Shown here: one piece after another, positions 30,887 to 47,446 of the stretch
Layout of the letters: each line of letters opens with the position of its first letter
Position numbering within the stretch: the stretch's first letter is position 1
Position numbers and translations under genes: made by a program
NCBI GenBank assembly: GCA_040399625.1
Contig: JBBARV010000001.1
Location: 187,701 to 251,700 of the forward strand
Source of the DNA: Candidatus Nanopelagicales bacterium
Lineage (GTDB): Bacteria; Actinomycetota; Actinomycetes; S36-B12
Direction of reading: 5' to 3'
DNA: 64,000 nt
Notes under the pieces: model-generated
What the model saw: the letters and a program-made list of their open reading frames with translations, nothing else
Told to the model about the DNA's origin: nothing
Database searches by the model: none

Positions 30887-32376
30887 GTGATTTGATCCGT
30901 CAAAGCGCAGCAACGCTTGCTGCGGCGATCGCTCGCAGAGAAGTCTCGAGCGAGGAAGTAACTCGTGCGCACCTTGATCGGATCTCTGAAGTTGACGAGC
31001 GTGTCCACGCTTTTCTCTACGTCGACCCGGAAGCCTCGATTGAGCGGGCCCGTGAAGTCGACCGCCAGATTGCGAAAGGCGAACTGTCCTCACCTCTTGC
31101 GGGTGTCCCTATTGCCCTCAAAGATCTTTTGGCAACGAAGGGAGTCCCGACAACGTGTGGGTCTCGAATTCTGGAGGGGTGGCGACCACCCTATAACGCA
31201 ACAATTGTCAACAAACTCTATGCCGCAGGTGTGGTTTCATTGGGCAAGACCAACATGGATGAATTCGCTATGGGTTCATCAACCGAGCACAGTGGATACG
31301 GGCCGACCCACAATCCATGGGATTTGGAGCGGATTCCCGGAGGATCCGGAGGTGGTTCGGCTGCTGCAGTCGCCAGTTATGAATCACCACTCGCGATCGG
31401 CACCGACACCGGTGGCTCGATTCGCCAGCCCGCAGCGGTGACGGGAACAGTTGGCGTCAAACCCACCTACGGTGGGGTTTCTCGTTATGGAATCGTCGCA
31501 CTTGCGTCTTCGCTCGATCAGGCAGGTCCGTGCGCACGCGATGTAATGGATACGGCCCTACTGCACTCGGTTATTGCCGGGCATGACCCGCGAGATTCAA
31601 CGTCGATTAACGCACCTGTACCTGACTTTGTGGCAGCGGCACTCAAAGCCGATGTGCGTGGAATGAAAATCGGTGTCATCAAGGAATTGCAGGGTGAGGG
31701 TTTTCAGTCGGGAGTTCTGGATCGATTTAACCAATCACTGGAAATTCTGACTGAACTTGGAGCTGAGATAGTTGAGGTCTCCTGCCCGCATTTTAAGTAT
31801 GCGCTGGGTGCCTACTACCTGATTTTGCCATCAGAGGCGTCTAGCAACCTTGCCCGTTTCGACGGCATGCGGTTCGGTCTCAGGGTCGACGACGGCAATG
31901 ACCGTTCGGTTGAACAAGTCATGAGTGCAACGCGGGAAAAGGGATTCGGGGCTGAGGTAAAGCGTCGGATCATGTTAGGAACCTATGCACTCTCGAGTGG
32001 TTATTACGACGCCTACTACGGTCAAGCGCAGCGAATTCGAACTTTGATAACGCGAGATTTTGAGGCAGCTTTTAACAAGGTCGATGTACTTGTTTCCCCC
32101 ACCTCTCCCACCACGGCATTCAAAATCGGGGAAAAACTCGAAGATCCGCTCGCTATGTATCTCAACGACGTGGCCACCATTCCGGTTAATCTCGCGGGAA
32201 ATTGCGCAATGTCACTTCCGATTGGGCTCGCTCCAGAAGATGGACTTCCCGTTGGATTACAAATAATTGCACCCGCCATGGCTGATTCATTGCTCTACCA
32301 AGTTGGTTCAGCACTTGAGAGCGCCTTGGTTGATCGCTGGGGCGGCTTGTTGATCTCGGAGGCGCCATCATTATGA
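30883..32376 (+). CDS. gatA: Glu/Asp-tRNA amidotransferase subunit A
   Basis: Amidase signature [12 protein letters not shown]...[13 protein letters not shown], plus [12 protein letters not shown]. Confidence 0.95.
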   Translation: MSDLIRQSAATLAAAIARREVSSEEVTRAHLDRISEVDERVHAFLYVDPEASIERAREVDRQIAKGELSSPLAGVPIALKDLLATKGVPTTCGSRILEGWRPPYNATIVNKLYAAGVVSLGKTNMDEFAMGSSTEHSGYGPTHNPWDLERIPGGSGGGSAAAVASYESPLAIGTDTGGSIRQPAAVTGTVGVKPTYGGVSRYGIVALASSLDQAGPCARDVMDTALLHSVIAGHDPRDSTSINAPVPDFVAAALKADVRGMKIGVIKELQGEGFQSGVLDRFNQSLEILTELGAEIVEVSCPHFKYALGAYYLILPSEASSNLARFDGMRFGLRVDDGNDRSVEQVMSATREKGFGAEVKRRIMLGTYALSSGYYDAYYGQAQRIRTLITRDFEAAFNKVDVLVSPTSPTTAFKIGEKLEDPLAMYLNDVATIPVNLAGNCAMSLPIGLAPEDGLPVGLQIIAPAMADSLLYQVGSALESALVDRWGGLLISEAPSL

Positions 32377-33872
32377 CGATCGAATACAACGCCGTAATTG
32401 CAGAATTTGAACCAATCATTGGGTTGGAAACGCATATTGAGTTGGGTACCAATTCAAAGATGTTTTGCTCATGTTCAGCCCAATTCGGTGGAGACCCCAA
32501 TACTTTTGTGTGTCCGGTTTGTTTAGGTATGCCCGGAAGTATGCCCGTTGTTAACCGGGTAGCGGTTGAGTCAACAATTCGTATGGGTCTCGCATTGAAT
32601 TGCTCGATTGTTCCTTGGTGCCGATTCGCGCGGAAGAATTATTTCTACCCAGATATGCCTAAGAATTATCAGATCTCCCAATATGACGAACCATTGTGCA
32701 TCGACGGGTACCTGGATGTCACAGTTGCGACCGAGAACGGGCCGCAAGTCTTTCGCATTGAAATTGAACGAGTGCACATGGAAGAGGACACCGGCAAATT
32801 GCTCCATGCTGGAGGTGCCGGTCGTATTCATGGCGCAACTCATTCCCTCGTTGATTACAACCGCGCTGGTATCCCACTGATTGAGGTTGTTACTAAGCCA
32901 ATTCTTGGTACGGGAGTTTTAGCTCCTGAAGTTGCTAAGGCTTATGTCGCTGAGCTGCGGGATCTCATGCGGGCACTTGGCGTATCAGACGTTCGCATGG
33001 AAGAGGGTTCTCTGCGCTGTGATGTAAACGTTTCACTGAGTCGGCCAGGGGAGGAGTGGGGAACTCGAACCGAGACCAAAAACGTGAACTCACTTCGATC
33101 TGTGGAGCGGGCTGTTCGAACTGAAATGCTTCGTCAGGCGGATCGACTGCGCTCAGGTGAGCGGATTATTCAAGAAACGCGGCATTTCAATGAAGAGACC
33201 GGAGACACGACGTCGGGTCGGTCGAAAGAGCAGGCCGAGGACTACCGGTATTTCCCAGAGCCAGATCTTGTTCCCATCGCACCGAGCGAGGCATGGATTG
33301 AGGAATTGCGTGGGACGTTGCCCGAAATCCCTTCGGTTCGTCGCGCCCGACTGCAATTAGACTGGGGCATAACAGATTTCGACATGCAAAGTCTGGTGAA
33401 CGCCGGGGCACTTGAATTGATCGTGGCTTCAATTGATGCGGGTGTACAGCCAGCTGCCGCGCGTAAGTGGTGGACGGGAGAATTGACCAGGGTCGCCAAT
33501 GAGCGAAATTGCGAGTTGGCGGAGCTATCCGTCAGCGCCAACGACATAGCCGAGATTGAAAAATTGATTTCTGCGGGTGAACTCACGGACAAGATGGCGC
33601 GATCCGTATTTGAGGGTTTACTCGATGGCGAAGGTAGCGTGTCCCATATTGTCAGCCAACGAGGACTAGTTGTCGTTAATGACGACGCTTCTCTCATAGC
33701 TGCAATCACAGAGGCGTTGGCGGACGCACCTGACATTGCGGAAAAGATTCAAGGTGGAAAAATTGCGGCAGCAGGCTCAATAGTCGGTGCGGTAATGAAG
33801 GCAACTCAAGGACAAGCAGACGCAGCGAAGGTGCGTACTCTTTTACTTGAGCAACTTGGAGTAACGGAATAG
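32373..33872 (+). CDS. gatB: Glu/Asp-tRNA amidotransferase subunit B
   Basis: [57 protein letters not shown] and SLRCDVNVS. Confidence 0.95.
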   Translation: MTIEYNAVIAEFEPIIGLETHIELGTNSKMFCSCSAQFGGDPNTFVCPVCLGMPGSMPVVNRVAVESTIRMGLALNCSIVPWCRFARKNYFYPDMPKNYQISQYDEPLCIDGYLDVTVATENGPQVFRIEIERVHMEEDTGKLLHAGGAGRIHGATHSLVDYNRAGIPLIEVVTKPILGTGVLAPEVAKAYVAELRDLMRALGVSDVRMEEGSLRCDVNVSLSRPGEEWGTRTETKNVNSLRSVERAVRTEMLRQADRLRSGERIIQETRHFNEETGDTTSGRSKEQAEDYRYFPEPDLVPIAPSEAWIEELRGTLPEIPSVRRARLQLDWGITDFDMQSLVNAGALELIVASIDAGVQPAAARKWWTGELTRVANERNCELAELSVSANDIAEIEKLISAGELTDKMARSVFEGLLDGEGSVSHIVSQRGLVVVNDDASLIAAITEALADAPDIAEKIQGGKIAAAGSIVGAVMKATQGQADAAKVRTLLLEQLGVTE

Positions 33873-33880
33873 GGGCTGAC

Positions 33881-35569
33881 ATGGCAAATATGAAACCGCG
33901 AAGTGGAGATGTAACCGACGGTCTGGAGCGTGCTCCAGCTCGGGGAATGTTGCGGGCGGTCGGAATGGGTGATGACGACTTCGCTAAGCCGCAGATCGGA
34001 ATTGCTTCAAGTTGGAACGAAATCACGCCCTGCAACATGCCACTGGAACGACTAGCAAAGTCGGCCAAGAACGGGGTTTTCGAGGCCGGCGGCTTCCCTA
34101 TGCAATTTGGAACCATTTCAGTTTCGGACGGTATCTCCATGGGCCATGAAGGCATGCATTTCTCACTTGTCAGCCGAGAAATCATCGCTGATTCAGTTGA
34201 AGCAGTCATGCAGGCCGAACGAATGGATGGAATGGTGACCTTTGCGGGCTGTGACAAATCACTACCCGGAATGCTGATGGCTTCCGCGCGAATTGATGTC
34301 GCCTCCGTGTTCGTTTATGCCGGTTCAATATTGCCGGGATTTGTAAAACTCGAGGACGGTACCGAAAAAGATGTCACGATCATTGATGCCTTTGAAGCCG
34401 TAGGAGCTTGTGCTCGCGGCCTTATGTCACGTGAAGATGTGGATCGAATTGAACGTGCCATTTGTCCAGGTGAAGGTGCTTGTGGCGGAATGTACACCGC
34501 AAACACAATGGCAAGCGCCGCCGAAGCAATGGGAATGTCGTTGCCAGGATCAGCGGCTCCACCAGCGGTAGATCGTCGCCGGGATGGGTTCGCCCATAAA
34601 TCTGGTGAAGCCGTTGTCGAGTTGATTCGTCAAGGAATTACCACGAGGGACATTATTACGCGACAGTCACTCGAAAATGCGATTGCGATACTCATGGCAT
34701 TTGGTGGATCCACTAATGCGGTGCTCCACCTGTTGGCAATTGCTCACGAAGCTGAAGTTGAATTGAGTATGCATGATTTCCACCGAATCGGTTCGAAAGT
34801 TCCGTTGCTCGCAGACGTAAAACCTTTCGGTCGTTATGTCATGAGTGACGTCGATCGGGTTGGTGGTGTCCCTGTGGTACTTCGCGCACTCCTGGATGCA
34901 GGATTAATTAATGGTGATTGCCTTACCGTAACCGGGAAAACCATGGCCGAGAATCTTCGCGACATCAACCCGCCTGATCCCGACGGAGATATTTTGTATG
35001 CCTCCAAGAATGCAATTGCAACCACGGGTGGAATCACGATTCTCGGCGGGTCTTTAGCCCCCGAGGGTGCCGTGGTAAAAAGTGCTGGCGTGCCGGTCGA
35101 CACATTTGAAGGCAAAGCCCGTGTCTTCGAGAGGGAACAAAGCGCTATGGCTGCTTTGGAAGACGGCACAATCAAGGCTGGCGATGTAGTCATTATTCGC
35201 TACGAAGGCCCTAAGGGCGGACCGGGAATGCGGGAAATGCTCATGATCACCGGGGCAATTAAGGGTGCTGGCCTCGGCAAAGAGGTTCTCTTGATTACCG
35301 ATGGTCGATTCTCTGGCGGGACAACGGGGCTGTGCGTGGGCCATGTCACACCGGAAGCTGTGGACGGAGGGCCGATCGTGCTGGTGGAAGAGGGGGACGT
35401 CATTTCGATTGATCTGAGTGCGCGGACCCTGAATTTGCATGTTGACCCAGCTGAGCTTGAACGCCGTAAGGCAGATTTTGTCCCATTGCCCAATCGTTAC
35501 AAGCGTGGGGTACTCGCCAAGTACGCCAAATTAGTGGGATCGGCGTCTTTTGGGGCGGTTCTTGACTAG
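33881..35569 (+). CDS. ilvD: Dihydroxy-acid dehydratase
   Basis: [49 protein letters not shown] and TDGRFSGGT. It starts only 8 nt after the gatB stop. Confidence 0.95.
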   Translation: MANMKPRSGDVTDGLERAPARGMLRAVGMGDDDFAKPQIGIASSWNEITPCNMPLERLAKSAKNGVFEAGGFPMQFGTISVSDGISMGHEGMHFSLVSREIIADSVEAVMQAERMDGMVTFAGCDKSLPGMLMASARIDVASVFVYAGSILPGFVKLEDGTEKDVTIIDAFEAVGACARGLMSREDVDRIERAICPGEGACGGMYTANTMASAAEAMGMSLPGSAAPPAVDRRRDGFAHKSGEAVVELIRQGITTRDIITRQSLENAIAILMAFGGSTNAVLHLLAIAHEAEVELSMHDFHRIGSKVPLLADVKPFGRYVMSDVDRVGGVPVVLRALLDAGLINGDCLTVTGKTMAENLRDINPPDPDGDILYASKNAIATTGGITILGGSLAPEGAVVKSAGVPVDTFEGKARVFEREQSAMAALEDGTIKAGDVVIIRYEGPKGGPGMREMLMITGAIKGAGLGKEVLLITDGRFSGGTTGLCVGHVTPEAVDGGPIVLVEEGDVISIDLSARTLNLHVDPAELERRKADFVPLPNRYKRGVLAKYAKLVGSASFGAVLD

Positions 35570-35592
35570 TCCTAAAAGTTTTATCACGTAGG

Positions 35593-35774
35593 GTGCCCGC
35601 GGTGTTGGCGGTGCTGGGTTTGTCGGTGGTTTAGGTCCCTGATGACAACGACGTGTTGACAGGTTATGGTTGTTCCGTGTTGAACACATCAGTCGTAGTT
35701 ATTAGGCGCACGGGCTAAGCAGCAGCCAGTATCCGTGCGCAGCCCTCCGCATCCCTTAGGGGTCGGGGGGTTTT
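35593..35774 (+). promoter_or_regulatory. Candidate ilvB leader-peptide attenuator
   Basis: 264-bp non-coding gap upstream of ilvB. A mini-ORF at 35677-35718 (GTG start; 35653 is an alternative) encodes MLNTSVVVIRRTG*. An upstream in-frame mini-ORF at 35593-35634 encodes MPAVLAVLGLSVV*. A perfect 8-bp hairpin pairs GCGCACGG (35706-13) with CCGTGCGC (35733-40) and overlaps the leader stop. A GC-rich imperfect hairpin at 35743-35770 is followed by TTTT. Confidence 0.45.
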
Positions 35775-35833
35775 GCATTAAGTAACCCAACCACAAGCTC
35801 AAACCGACCTAACAGAGACGAGGCGCAGCAATC

Positions 35834-37614
35834 GTGAGTAATTCACATGGGGTGAGCTCCGAAGCGGGCCAATACAAAGGCACCATAACCGGAGCCCAAA
35901 GCCTGATCGCATCTTTGGAAGCCGCTGGTGTTGAGGTGGTTTTTGGTATTCCCGGCGGTGCCATTTTGCCCGCCTATGACCCCATGATGGACTCCACCAA
36001 GATTCGCCACATTCTGGTCCGACATGAGCAGGGCGCCGGGCACGCAGCCGAGGGTTATGCAAGCGCGACTGGCCGGGTGGGCGTCTGCATGGCAACAAGT
36101 GGGCCTGGCGCAACGAATTTGGTCACCCCGATCGCTGACGCCTATATGGATTCGGTTCCCATGGTTGCTATCACGGGACAGGTCCCCAGCGCTGCGATTG
36201 GTACCGATGCATTCCAAGAAGCGGATATTCGCGGGATCACGATGCCGATCACCAAACATAGTTTTCTAATCACCGACCCAGCTGAAATTTCTCAAGCGAT
36301 CGCCCAAGCATTCCATTTGGCTTCCACTGGTCGCCCAGGGCCGGTGCTCGTTGATATTGCCAAAGATGCACTTCAAGCCGATACCACTTTTGTATGGCCA
36401 GATTCAATTGACCTACCCGGATACAACCCCCGAACTCGACCACATTCCAAGCAAATCCGAGAAGCGGCCAAATTAATTTTGTCGAGTCGCCAGCCGGTTC
36501 TCTATGTTGGTGGTGGTGTCATTAGAGGTAACGCGTCGGCATCACTGCGCATCTTGGCCGAGTTGACCGGAATTCCCGTGGTCACAACGCTTATGGCGCG
36601 AGGAGCCTTTCCCGATTCACATACCCAACATTTAGGTATGCCTGGAATGCACGGAACGGTTGCAGCGGTTGGCGCACTGCAAAAGGCGGACTTGCTCATA
36701 ACTCTGGGTGCTCGTTTCGACGATCGTGTCACCGGCAAGCTTTCCTCATTTGCTCCCAACGCGGCCGTGATTCATGCCGATATCGACCCAGCTGAAATTG
36801 GGAAGAATCGTGAAGCGGATATCCCCATTGTCGGTGATGTCGGTGAAATAATCCCTGAACTAATCGCAGCCCTCAAGGCTGAAATTGAATTGGGGAAAAT
36901 TGGTGACTATGCGGGGTGGTGGCAGGAACTCAACCGATTGCGCGAGACTTACCCCCTGGGTTATGACCTTCCCACAGATGGAACTCTTTCACCCCAGTAT
37001 GTAATTGAACGCCTTGGAAAGATTTCTGGTCCAGAATCCATTTATGCGGCGGGTGTCGGCCAGCATCAAATGTGGGCTGCACAGTTCATTGGCTACGAAT
37101 TCCCCGGAACCTGGCTTAATTCCGGCGGTGCTGGAACTATGGGTTACTCGGTTCCGGCAGCAATGGGCGCAAAGGTGGGTTGCCCTGATAAGACGGTGTG
37201 GGCGATTGATGGCGACGGTTGCTTCCAGATGACTAACCAGGAACTCGCTACCTGCACGATCAATGACATCCCGATAAAGGTTGCCTTAATTAACAATTCG
37301 AGTCTTGGCATGGTTCGACAGTGGCAGACCCTTTTCTACAACGAACGCTATTCAAATACTGATTTGCAATCTCATCGATTCCCCGACTTCGTAAAGTTAG
37401 CGGAAGCCTATGGTGCGTACGGGCTCCAATGTGACAATGCGGAGTCGGTGGATTCAACCATTGAAAAGGCTTTGAGTCTTAACGATGCACCGGTTGTCAT
37501 TGACTTTGTGGTCCACCGTGACGCCATGGTGTGGCCAATGGTTGCTGCCGGAACCGGCAATGACGAAATCCTTTACGCGCGCTCAATCGCGCCTGATTGG
37601 GGCAGTGACGACTA

Positions 37615-37615
<1 letters not shown>
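35834..37615 (+). CDS. ilvB: Acetolactate synthase large (catalytic) subunit
   Basis: [35 protein letters not shown], and the ThDP motif [16 protein letters not shown]...[13 protein letters not shown]...NN. Confidence 0.95.
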
Positions 37616-39224
<1,609 letters not shown>

Positions 39225-39295
39225 CTGTTAGCAGTCTCTGGGGAAAGAATAAAGGCTCACGAGCGGAGCTTTTGATGGGTCATTAGGATTGGTCC

Positions 39296-42717
<3,422 letters not shown>

Positions 42718-42765
42718 TTATGCCTCGGCGCGGCAGCGAAGTGAAAGCAGGAGCAGGGACGTCAT
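42718..42765 (-). promoter_or_regulatory. Candidate leuA leader peptide (Leu-rich mini-ORF)
   Basis: The minus-strand sequence ATG ACG TCC CTG CTC CTG CTT TCA CTT CGC TGC CGC GCC GAG GCA TAA encodes MTSLLLLSLRCRAEA*. It has four consecutive Leu codons plus a fifth. It lies 102 nt upstream of the leuA ATG and is followed by hairpins, including the perfect 7-bp GGAGCAG/CTGCTCC at 42661-42686. Confidence 0.55.
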
Positions 42766-42822
42766 AATGCCTAAACTCTAGCACCGATCCTCGTAAAGCC
42801 GAGTACCCACTAAAGTTCATGC

Positions 42823-43887
42823 ATGAAAGCCAACTACTCGATCGCACTTATCCCGGGAGATGGAATCGGCACCGAAGTGGTCGCTGAAGCGATGAAAGTT
42901 CTCGAGGTTGTAGCGCCTAAGGCCGGATTCACGTTTGAAACGAAGGAATACGACCTAGGGGCTAAACGTTACAAGGCTACGGGTGAGTTGCTACCCGACT
43001 ACGTCATTGAGGAGTTGCGCGGCGCCGATGCAATTCTTCTGGGTGCTATCGGTGATCCCAGTGTTGCGCCCGGGATCCTCGAGCGCGGGGTGCTGCTTCC
43101 CCTGCGCTTCACTTTGGATCATCACGTAAATTTGCGCCCCGTAAAGCTCTATGAGGGTGTGACCGGGCCGCTGGCCGGTAAGGGCCCAGAAGATATTGAC
43201 TTCATTGTTTGCCGTGAGGGTACAGAAGGTCCCTACGTTGGAGTGGGTGGCACTTTGAGAAAAGACACGCCACATGAGGTGGCAACTGAAGTGAGCGTGA
43301 ATACCGCATTTGGTGTCGAGCGCATTGTGCGAGACGCCTTTGAACGGGCAGCTCGCCGGCCGCGCAAGAAGGTGACACTTGTTCACAAAACAAATGTCTT
43401 AGTTTTTGCTGGCAATCTTTGGGAGAGAACGTTTAATCGCGTTGCCTTGGAATTCCCCGATGTCACGACTGATTATTTACACGTGGATGCAGCATCGATG
43501 TTCTTCTTGACCAACCCCGAACGCTTTGATGTTCTCGTCACCGACAATTTATTCGGAGACATCGTTACTGACATTGGTGCTGCAATTGTCGGAGGAATTG
43601 GGCTAGCGGCCAGCGGCAATATTGATCCGAGTCGTAAAAATCCAAGCATGTTTGAACCTGTTCATGGTTCGGCACCAGATATTGCCGGCCTTGGGAAAGC
43701 AGATCCCACCGCAACCGTGATGTCACTCGCGATGCTTTTGGACCATATTGGAGAGGCTCAGTCGGCACAATGGATTGAGCGGGGCGTCGCGGCAGATCTT
43801 GGTTCGCGCGGCACAAAGATCCGATCGACTTCAGAAATTGGTTCAGCACTGGCAAAAGCGAGTTTGACTGCGGCGGAGGGAAACTGA
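42823..43887 (+). CDS. leuB: 3-isopropylmalate dehydrogenase
   Basis: [35 protein letters not shown] and [12 protein letters not shown]. Confidence 0.95.
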   Translation: MKANYSIALIPGDGIGTEVVAEAMKVLEVVAPKAGFTFETKEYDLGAKRYKATGELLPDYVIEELRGADAILLGAIGDPSVAPGILERGVLLPLRFTLDHHVNLRPVKLYEGVTGPLAGKGPEDIDFIVCREGTEGPYVGVGGTLRKDTPHEVATEVSVNTAFGVERIVRDAFERAARRPRKKVTLVHKTNVLVFAGNLWERTFNRVALEFPDVTTDYLHVDAASMFFLTNPERFDVLVTDNLFGDIVTDIGAAIVGGIGLAASGNIDPSRKNPSMFEPVHGSAPDIAGLGKADPTATVMSLAMLLDHIGEAQSAQWIERGVAADLGSRGTKIRSTSEIGSALAKASLTAAEGN

Positions 43888-43888
43888 C

Positions 43889-44998
43889 GTGTCCGGATTG
43901 TGGAAGATTGACAACAAGACTGCGGGCGCGGTCCGCCTGTCTAATGCAGAACGCGAGCAAATTCTGGTGAACCCGGGTTTTGGAAAATACTTCACGGATT
44001 CCATGGTTACGGCGGACTGGGATGTCGACAATGGCTGGCATGATGCTCAGTTGATTCCCTACGGTCCACTACTTTTGGACCCGGCAACTAACTTCATGCA
44101 TTACGGGCAAGCTATTTTCGAGGGACTTAAGGCGTATCGTCATGAGGACGGCAGTATTAAGACTTTTCGACCCTTTGAAAATGCCCGGCGCTTTGAGCGT
44201 TCAGCCAGGCGCCTAGCTATGGCAGAAGTTCCTGAGGAACTTTTTGTGGCAAGCATTGAAGAATTAGTCGCCCACGATCAAGATTGGGTTCCCACGGGGC
44301 GAGAGCGATCCCTCTACATCAGACCGTTCCTGATTTCAACGGAAGTTGGACTTGGGGTCAGGCCGGCAAATGCATATAAATATGTCCTCATCGCATCTCC
44401 TGCCGGGGCATATTTTGCCGGCGGAGTAAATCCGGTCTCGGTGTGGATCTCCGATGAATACGTTCGTGCCGCTCCAGGGGGAACTGGCGAGGCTAAGTGC
44501 GCGGGAAACTACGCGGCTTCGCTGCTTGCCCAGGCGGAGGCGGCAGCCCATGGCTGCGACCAGGTGGTGTGGCTCGACGCGGTTGACCGGCAACGGATTG
44601 AAGAGATGGGAGGAATGAACCTGTATTTCGTGTACGGCGCGGGGGATTCGGCTCGAATCATGACACCCGCGTTGACGGGTTCACTGCTCCCAGGAATTAC
44701 TCGTGAATCTCTCATAACGGTGGCCTCCGATCTTGGGATTAGGGTCGACGAAGGTGAGATCACCGTGGACCAGCTGCGGACCGGCTGTGAAAATGGCGAG
44801 ATCACTGAGGTATTTGCCTGTGGAACTGCAGCAGTGATCACTCCTGTGGGAACGGTCAAAAGTCGAACCAATGGTTCATTTGAGGTGGCTGGCGGAAAGT
44901 CAGGTGAAATCACGCTGGCATTACGCAATTCCTTGCTCGATATACAGTCAGGTGCAGTGGCCGACCGTCACAACTGGATGCACGCGCTTGTTAGTTAA
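43889..44998 (+). CDS. ilvE: Branched-chain amino-acid aminotransferase
   Basis: [44 protein letters not shown] and LPGITR. Confidence 0.9.
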   Translation: MSGLWKIDNKTAGAVRLSNAEREQILVNPGFGKYFTDSMVTADWDVDNGWHDAQLIPYGPLLLDPATNFMHYGQAIFEGLKAYRHEDGSIKTFRPFENARRFERSARRLAMAEVPEELFVASIEELVAHDQDWVPTGRERSLYIRPFLISTEVGLGVRPANAYKYVLIASPAGAYFAGGVNPVSVWISDEYVRAAPGGTGEAKCAGNYAASLLAQAEAAAHGCDQVVWLDAVDRQRIEEMGGMNLYFVYGAGDSARIMTPALTGSLLPGITRESLITVASDLGIRVDEGEITVDQLRTGCENGEITEVFACGTAAVITPVGTVKSRTNGSFEVAGGKSGEITLALRNSLLDIQSGAVADRHNWMHALVS

Positions 44999-45028
44999 TT
45001 AAGTTCGACAGTCAAAAAATCACGATTA

Positions 45029-46624
45029 ATGAAGTGGAGACGGAGTAAAGCAATGACCGAGAGCGACACTTTTCACGTGTATGACACAACCTTGCGAGAT
45101 GGTGCTCAGCGAGAAGGCATTTCTTATTCAGTAAACGACAAAATTGCTGTGGCACGCTTACTCGATGATTACGGTGTTGATTTCATCGAAGGTGGATGGC
45201 CTGGTGCCATGCCCAAAGACACGGAGTTCTTTGAAATTGCAAGGACGATTCCTTTTCGTAATGCCCAACTGGTGGCATTTGGTGCTACTCGCAAAGCAGG
45301 TATTGCGGTAGAAGAGGACCTTCAGGTCAAGGCGCTACTTGATAGTGAAGCTCCGGTAATAACTTTGGTGGCAAAGTCCGATCTTCGACACGTGGAGCAG
45401 GCACTTAAGACATCGGGTGCACAAAACTTAGAAATGGTGTCAGACACGGTTCGTTACCTGATTTCACATGGTCGTAGAGTTTTTGTTGACCTGGAACACT
45501 TCTTTGACGGCTACAAGGCTGATCCAGAATATGCGTGCTCAGTTCTCGAGGCGGCGCATGATGCAGGGGCATCCGTCGTGGTGCTGTGTGACACAAATGG
45601 CGGAATGTTGCCCCATGGAATCGAGAGAATTGTTACAGAAGTAAGTCAGCGCTCGGACGCCAGAATTGGGATTCATTGTCAGGACGACACCGCATGCGCG
45701 GTCGCGAACACGTTAGCCGCGGTTGAGGCCGGAGCCACCCATGTTCAATGCACGGCCAATGGTTATGGGGAAAGAACAGGAAATGCCGACTTATTCGCAG
45801 TTGTGTCTAACCTACAATTAAAGATGGGCATTGAGTGCATTCCCGCCGAAGCGTTAGCGGAGACGTACCGGGTGTCACACGCAATTGCTGAAATCGCGAA
45901 CATCACACCGGATACGCACCAGGCCTATGCAGGAGTTTCGTCCTTCGCCCATAAGGCTGGGTTGCATGCGAGCGCATTAAAAATCAATGCTGATTTGTAC
46001 AACCATATTGATCCGGTAACAGTGGGAAATATTCAGCGGGTGCTCGTCACAGAAATGGCCGGACGTGCCTCGGTAGAACTCAAGGGTGCAGAACTAGGAC
46101 TTGATTTAGCTGGGAGTCCGGCTGTCGTTTCTGCCGTTGTTGAACGGGTAAAAGCGTTGGAGGCTCAGGGTTGGTCTTTTGAGGCGGCCGATGCCTCATT
46201 TGAACTTCTCGTCCTCGAGGAGCAAGGCTCTGGCCGCAAATTTACCGTCGAGTCATGGCGGACGATCGTTGAGCAGCGCGAAGATGGGAAAGTTGTCAGT
46301 GAGGCGACTGTCAAACTACATGCGAACGGTGAGCGTCTCGTTTCTACGGGAGAAGGAAACGGTCCAGTAAACGCACTGGACAATGCCCTGAGGAATGCCA
46401 TATCTCAACTGTTCCCAGATTTGGGTAAGTTGGAGTTGACCGACTACAAGGTGAGAATACTCGAAGGCGTAAAAGGAACCGGAGCCATTACTCGCGTCCT
46501 TCTCGAAACCACCAACGGTGAACGTGCGTGGACCACGATCGGGGTACACGAAAATGTCATCGCTGCATCTTGGCAGGCTCTTGACGACGCCGTTCATTAC
46601 GGACTCGTGCGCGGCCGTCCGTGA
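45029..46624 (+). CDS. cimA: Citramalate synthase (CimA-type member of the LeuA/HCS family)
   Basis: VYDTTLRDGAQREGISYSVNDKIAVARLLDDYGVDFIEGGWPGAMPKD, IHCQDDTACAVAN, ERTGNADL and a LeuA-dimerisation-type C-terminus. It is distinct from the long leuA in the same window. The likely start is ATG 45053. Confidence 0.75.
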   Translation: MKWRRSKAMTESDTFHVYDTTLRDGAQREGISYSVNDKIAVARLLDDYGVDFIEGGWPGAMPKDTEFFEIARTIPFRNAQLVAFGATRKAGIAVEEDLQVKALLDSEAPVITLVAKSDLRHVEQALKTSGAQNLEMVSDTVRYLISHGRRVFVDLEHFFDGYKADPEYACSVLEAAHDAGASVVVLCDTNGGMLPHGIERIVTEVSQRSDARIGIHCQDDTACAVANTLAAVEAGATHVQCTANGYGERTGNADLFAVVSNLQLKMGIECIPAEALAETYRVSHAIAEIANITPDTHQAYAGVSSFAHKAGLHASALKINADLYNHIDPVTVGNIQRVLVTEMAGRASVELKGAELGLDLAGSPAVVSAVVERVKALEAQGWSFEAADASFELLVLEEQGSGRKFTVESWRTIVEQREDGKVVSEATVKLHANGERLVSTGEGNGPVNALDNALRNAISQLFPDLGKLELTDYKVRILEGVKGTGAITRVLLETTNGERAWTTIGVHENVIAASWQALDDAVHYGLVRGRP

Positions 46625-46657
46625 AACGCATCTACTCCGAGCCGGTAGTGTTGTGGG

Positions 46658-47446
46658 GTGCGGATTTGTCGGTTCAGCCATGGTGAAGAGGTAAGTTTCG
46701 GTGTACTCGAAAACCTCGATGATCAAGGCGAACTGACAGACAATTCAATAATTGCAATACTTAGTGGCCACCCATTCGGTGAACTTGAACCCGACGGGCG
46801 GGTGATTGCCGCATCAGCGGTTAAGCTTTTGGCACCTATCCTTCCGAGCAAGATCATTGGAATTGGTAAGAATTATGCTGATCATGCGGCTGAAATGAAT
46901 AGTGAACTCCCGACCGAGCCACTCATGTTTCTTAAGCCAAACACATCGGTAATTGGACCAAATGATTTCATTGTTCTCCCCCGGCAAACTTCGATGGTTC
47001 ATCATGAAGCGGAGTTGGCGGTCGTGATTGGTCGGTTCTGCAAGGACGTCCCGCGAGAGCGCGTTGCTGAGGTCATCTTGGGTTATACCTGCGCCAATGA
47101 CGTTTCGGCGCGTGATGTGCAAAAGTCAGACGGGCAATGGTCAAGGGCAAAAGGATTTGACACTTTTTGCCCGCTTGGGCCATGGATTGAGACCGATTTA
47201 GATCCAACCGATCTTGCGATTACGGCTTATGTCGGCAGCGAACAACGTCAAGCGGGGAACACAAAGAATTTGATTTTCTCAGTGGTTGATCTGGTCAGTT
47301 ATGTCAGCCACCAAATGACTTTGCTCCCCGGCGATGTAATCCTGACGGGAACACCCGCCGGTGTCGGACCGATTATTGCGGGAGACGAAGTCGAAATTGG
47401 AATTGAAGGAATTGGAAGTTTGGTCAATCCGGTGAAGGATGCTTAA
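46658..47446 (+). CDS. Fumarylacetoacetate hydrolase (FAH) family protein
   Basis: IIGIGKNYADHAAEM, PLMFLKP, HEAELAVVIG, YTCANDVSARD, KGFDTFCPLGPW and LLPGDVILTGTPAGVG. Confidence 0.85.
   Translation: MRICRFSHGEEVSFGVLENLDDQGELTDNSIIAILSGHPFGELEPDGRVIAASAVKLLAPILPSKIIGIGKNYADHAAEMNSELPTEPLMFLKPNTSVIGPNDFIVLPRQTSMVHHEAELAVVIGRFCKDVPRERVAEVILGYTCANDVSARDVQKSDGQWSRAKGFDTFCPLGPWIETDLDPTDLAITAYVGSEQRQAGNTKNLIFSVVDLVSYVSHQMTLLPGDVILTGTPAGVGPIIAGDEVEIGIEGIGSLVNPVKDA

Noticed and set aside
33706-34257. 183-aa minus-strand ORF antisense to ilvD. Similar long antisense ORFs lie at 10560-11099, 39283-39750, 58864-59343, 61487-62119, 18359-18874 and 15417-15896.
   Set aside because: Each lies entirely inside a confidently identified gene on the other strand. 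Their compositions are Ala/Arg/Ser/Pro-rich and low in complexity, as expected for shadow frames of GC3-biased genes. No family resemblance was seen.
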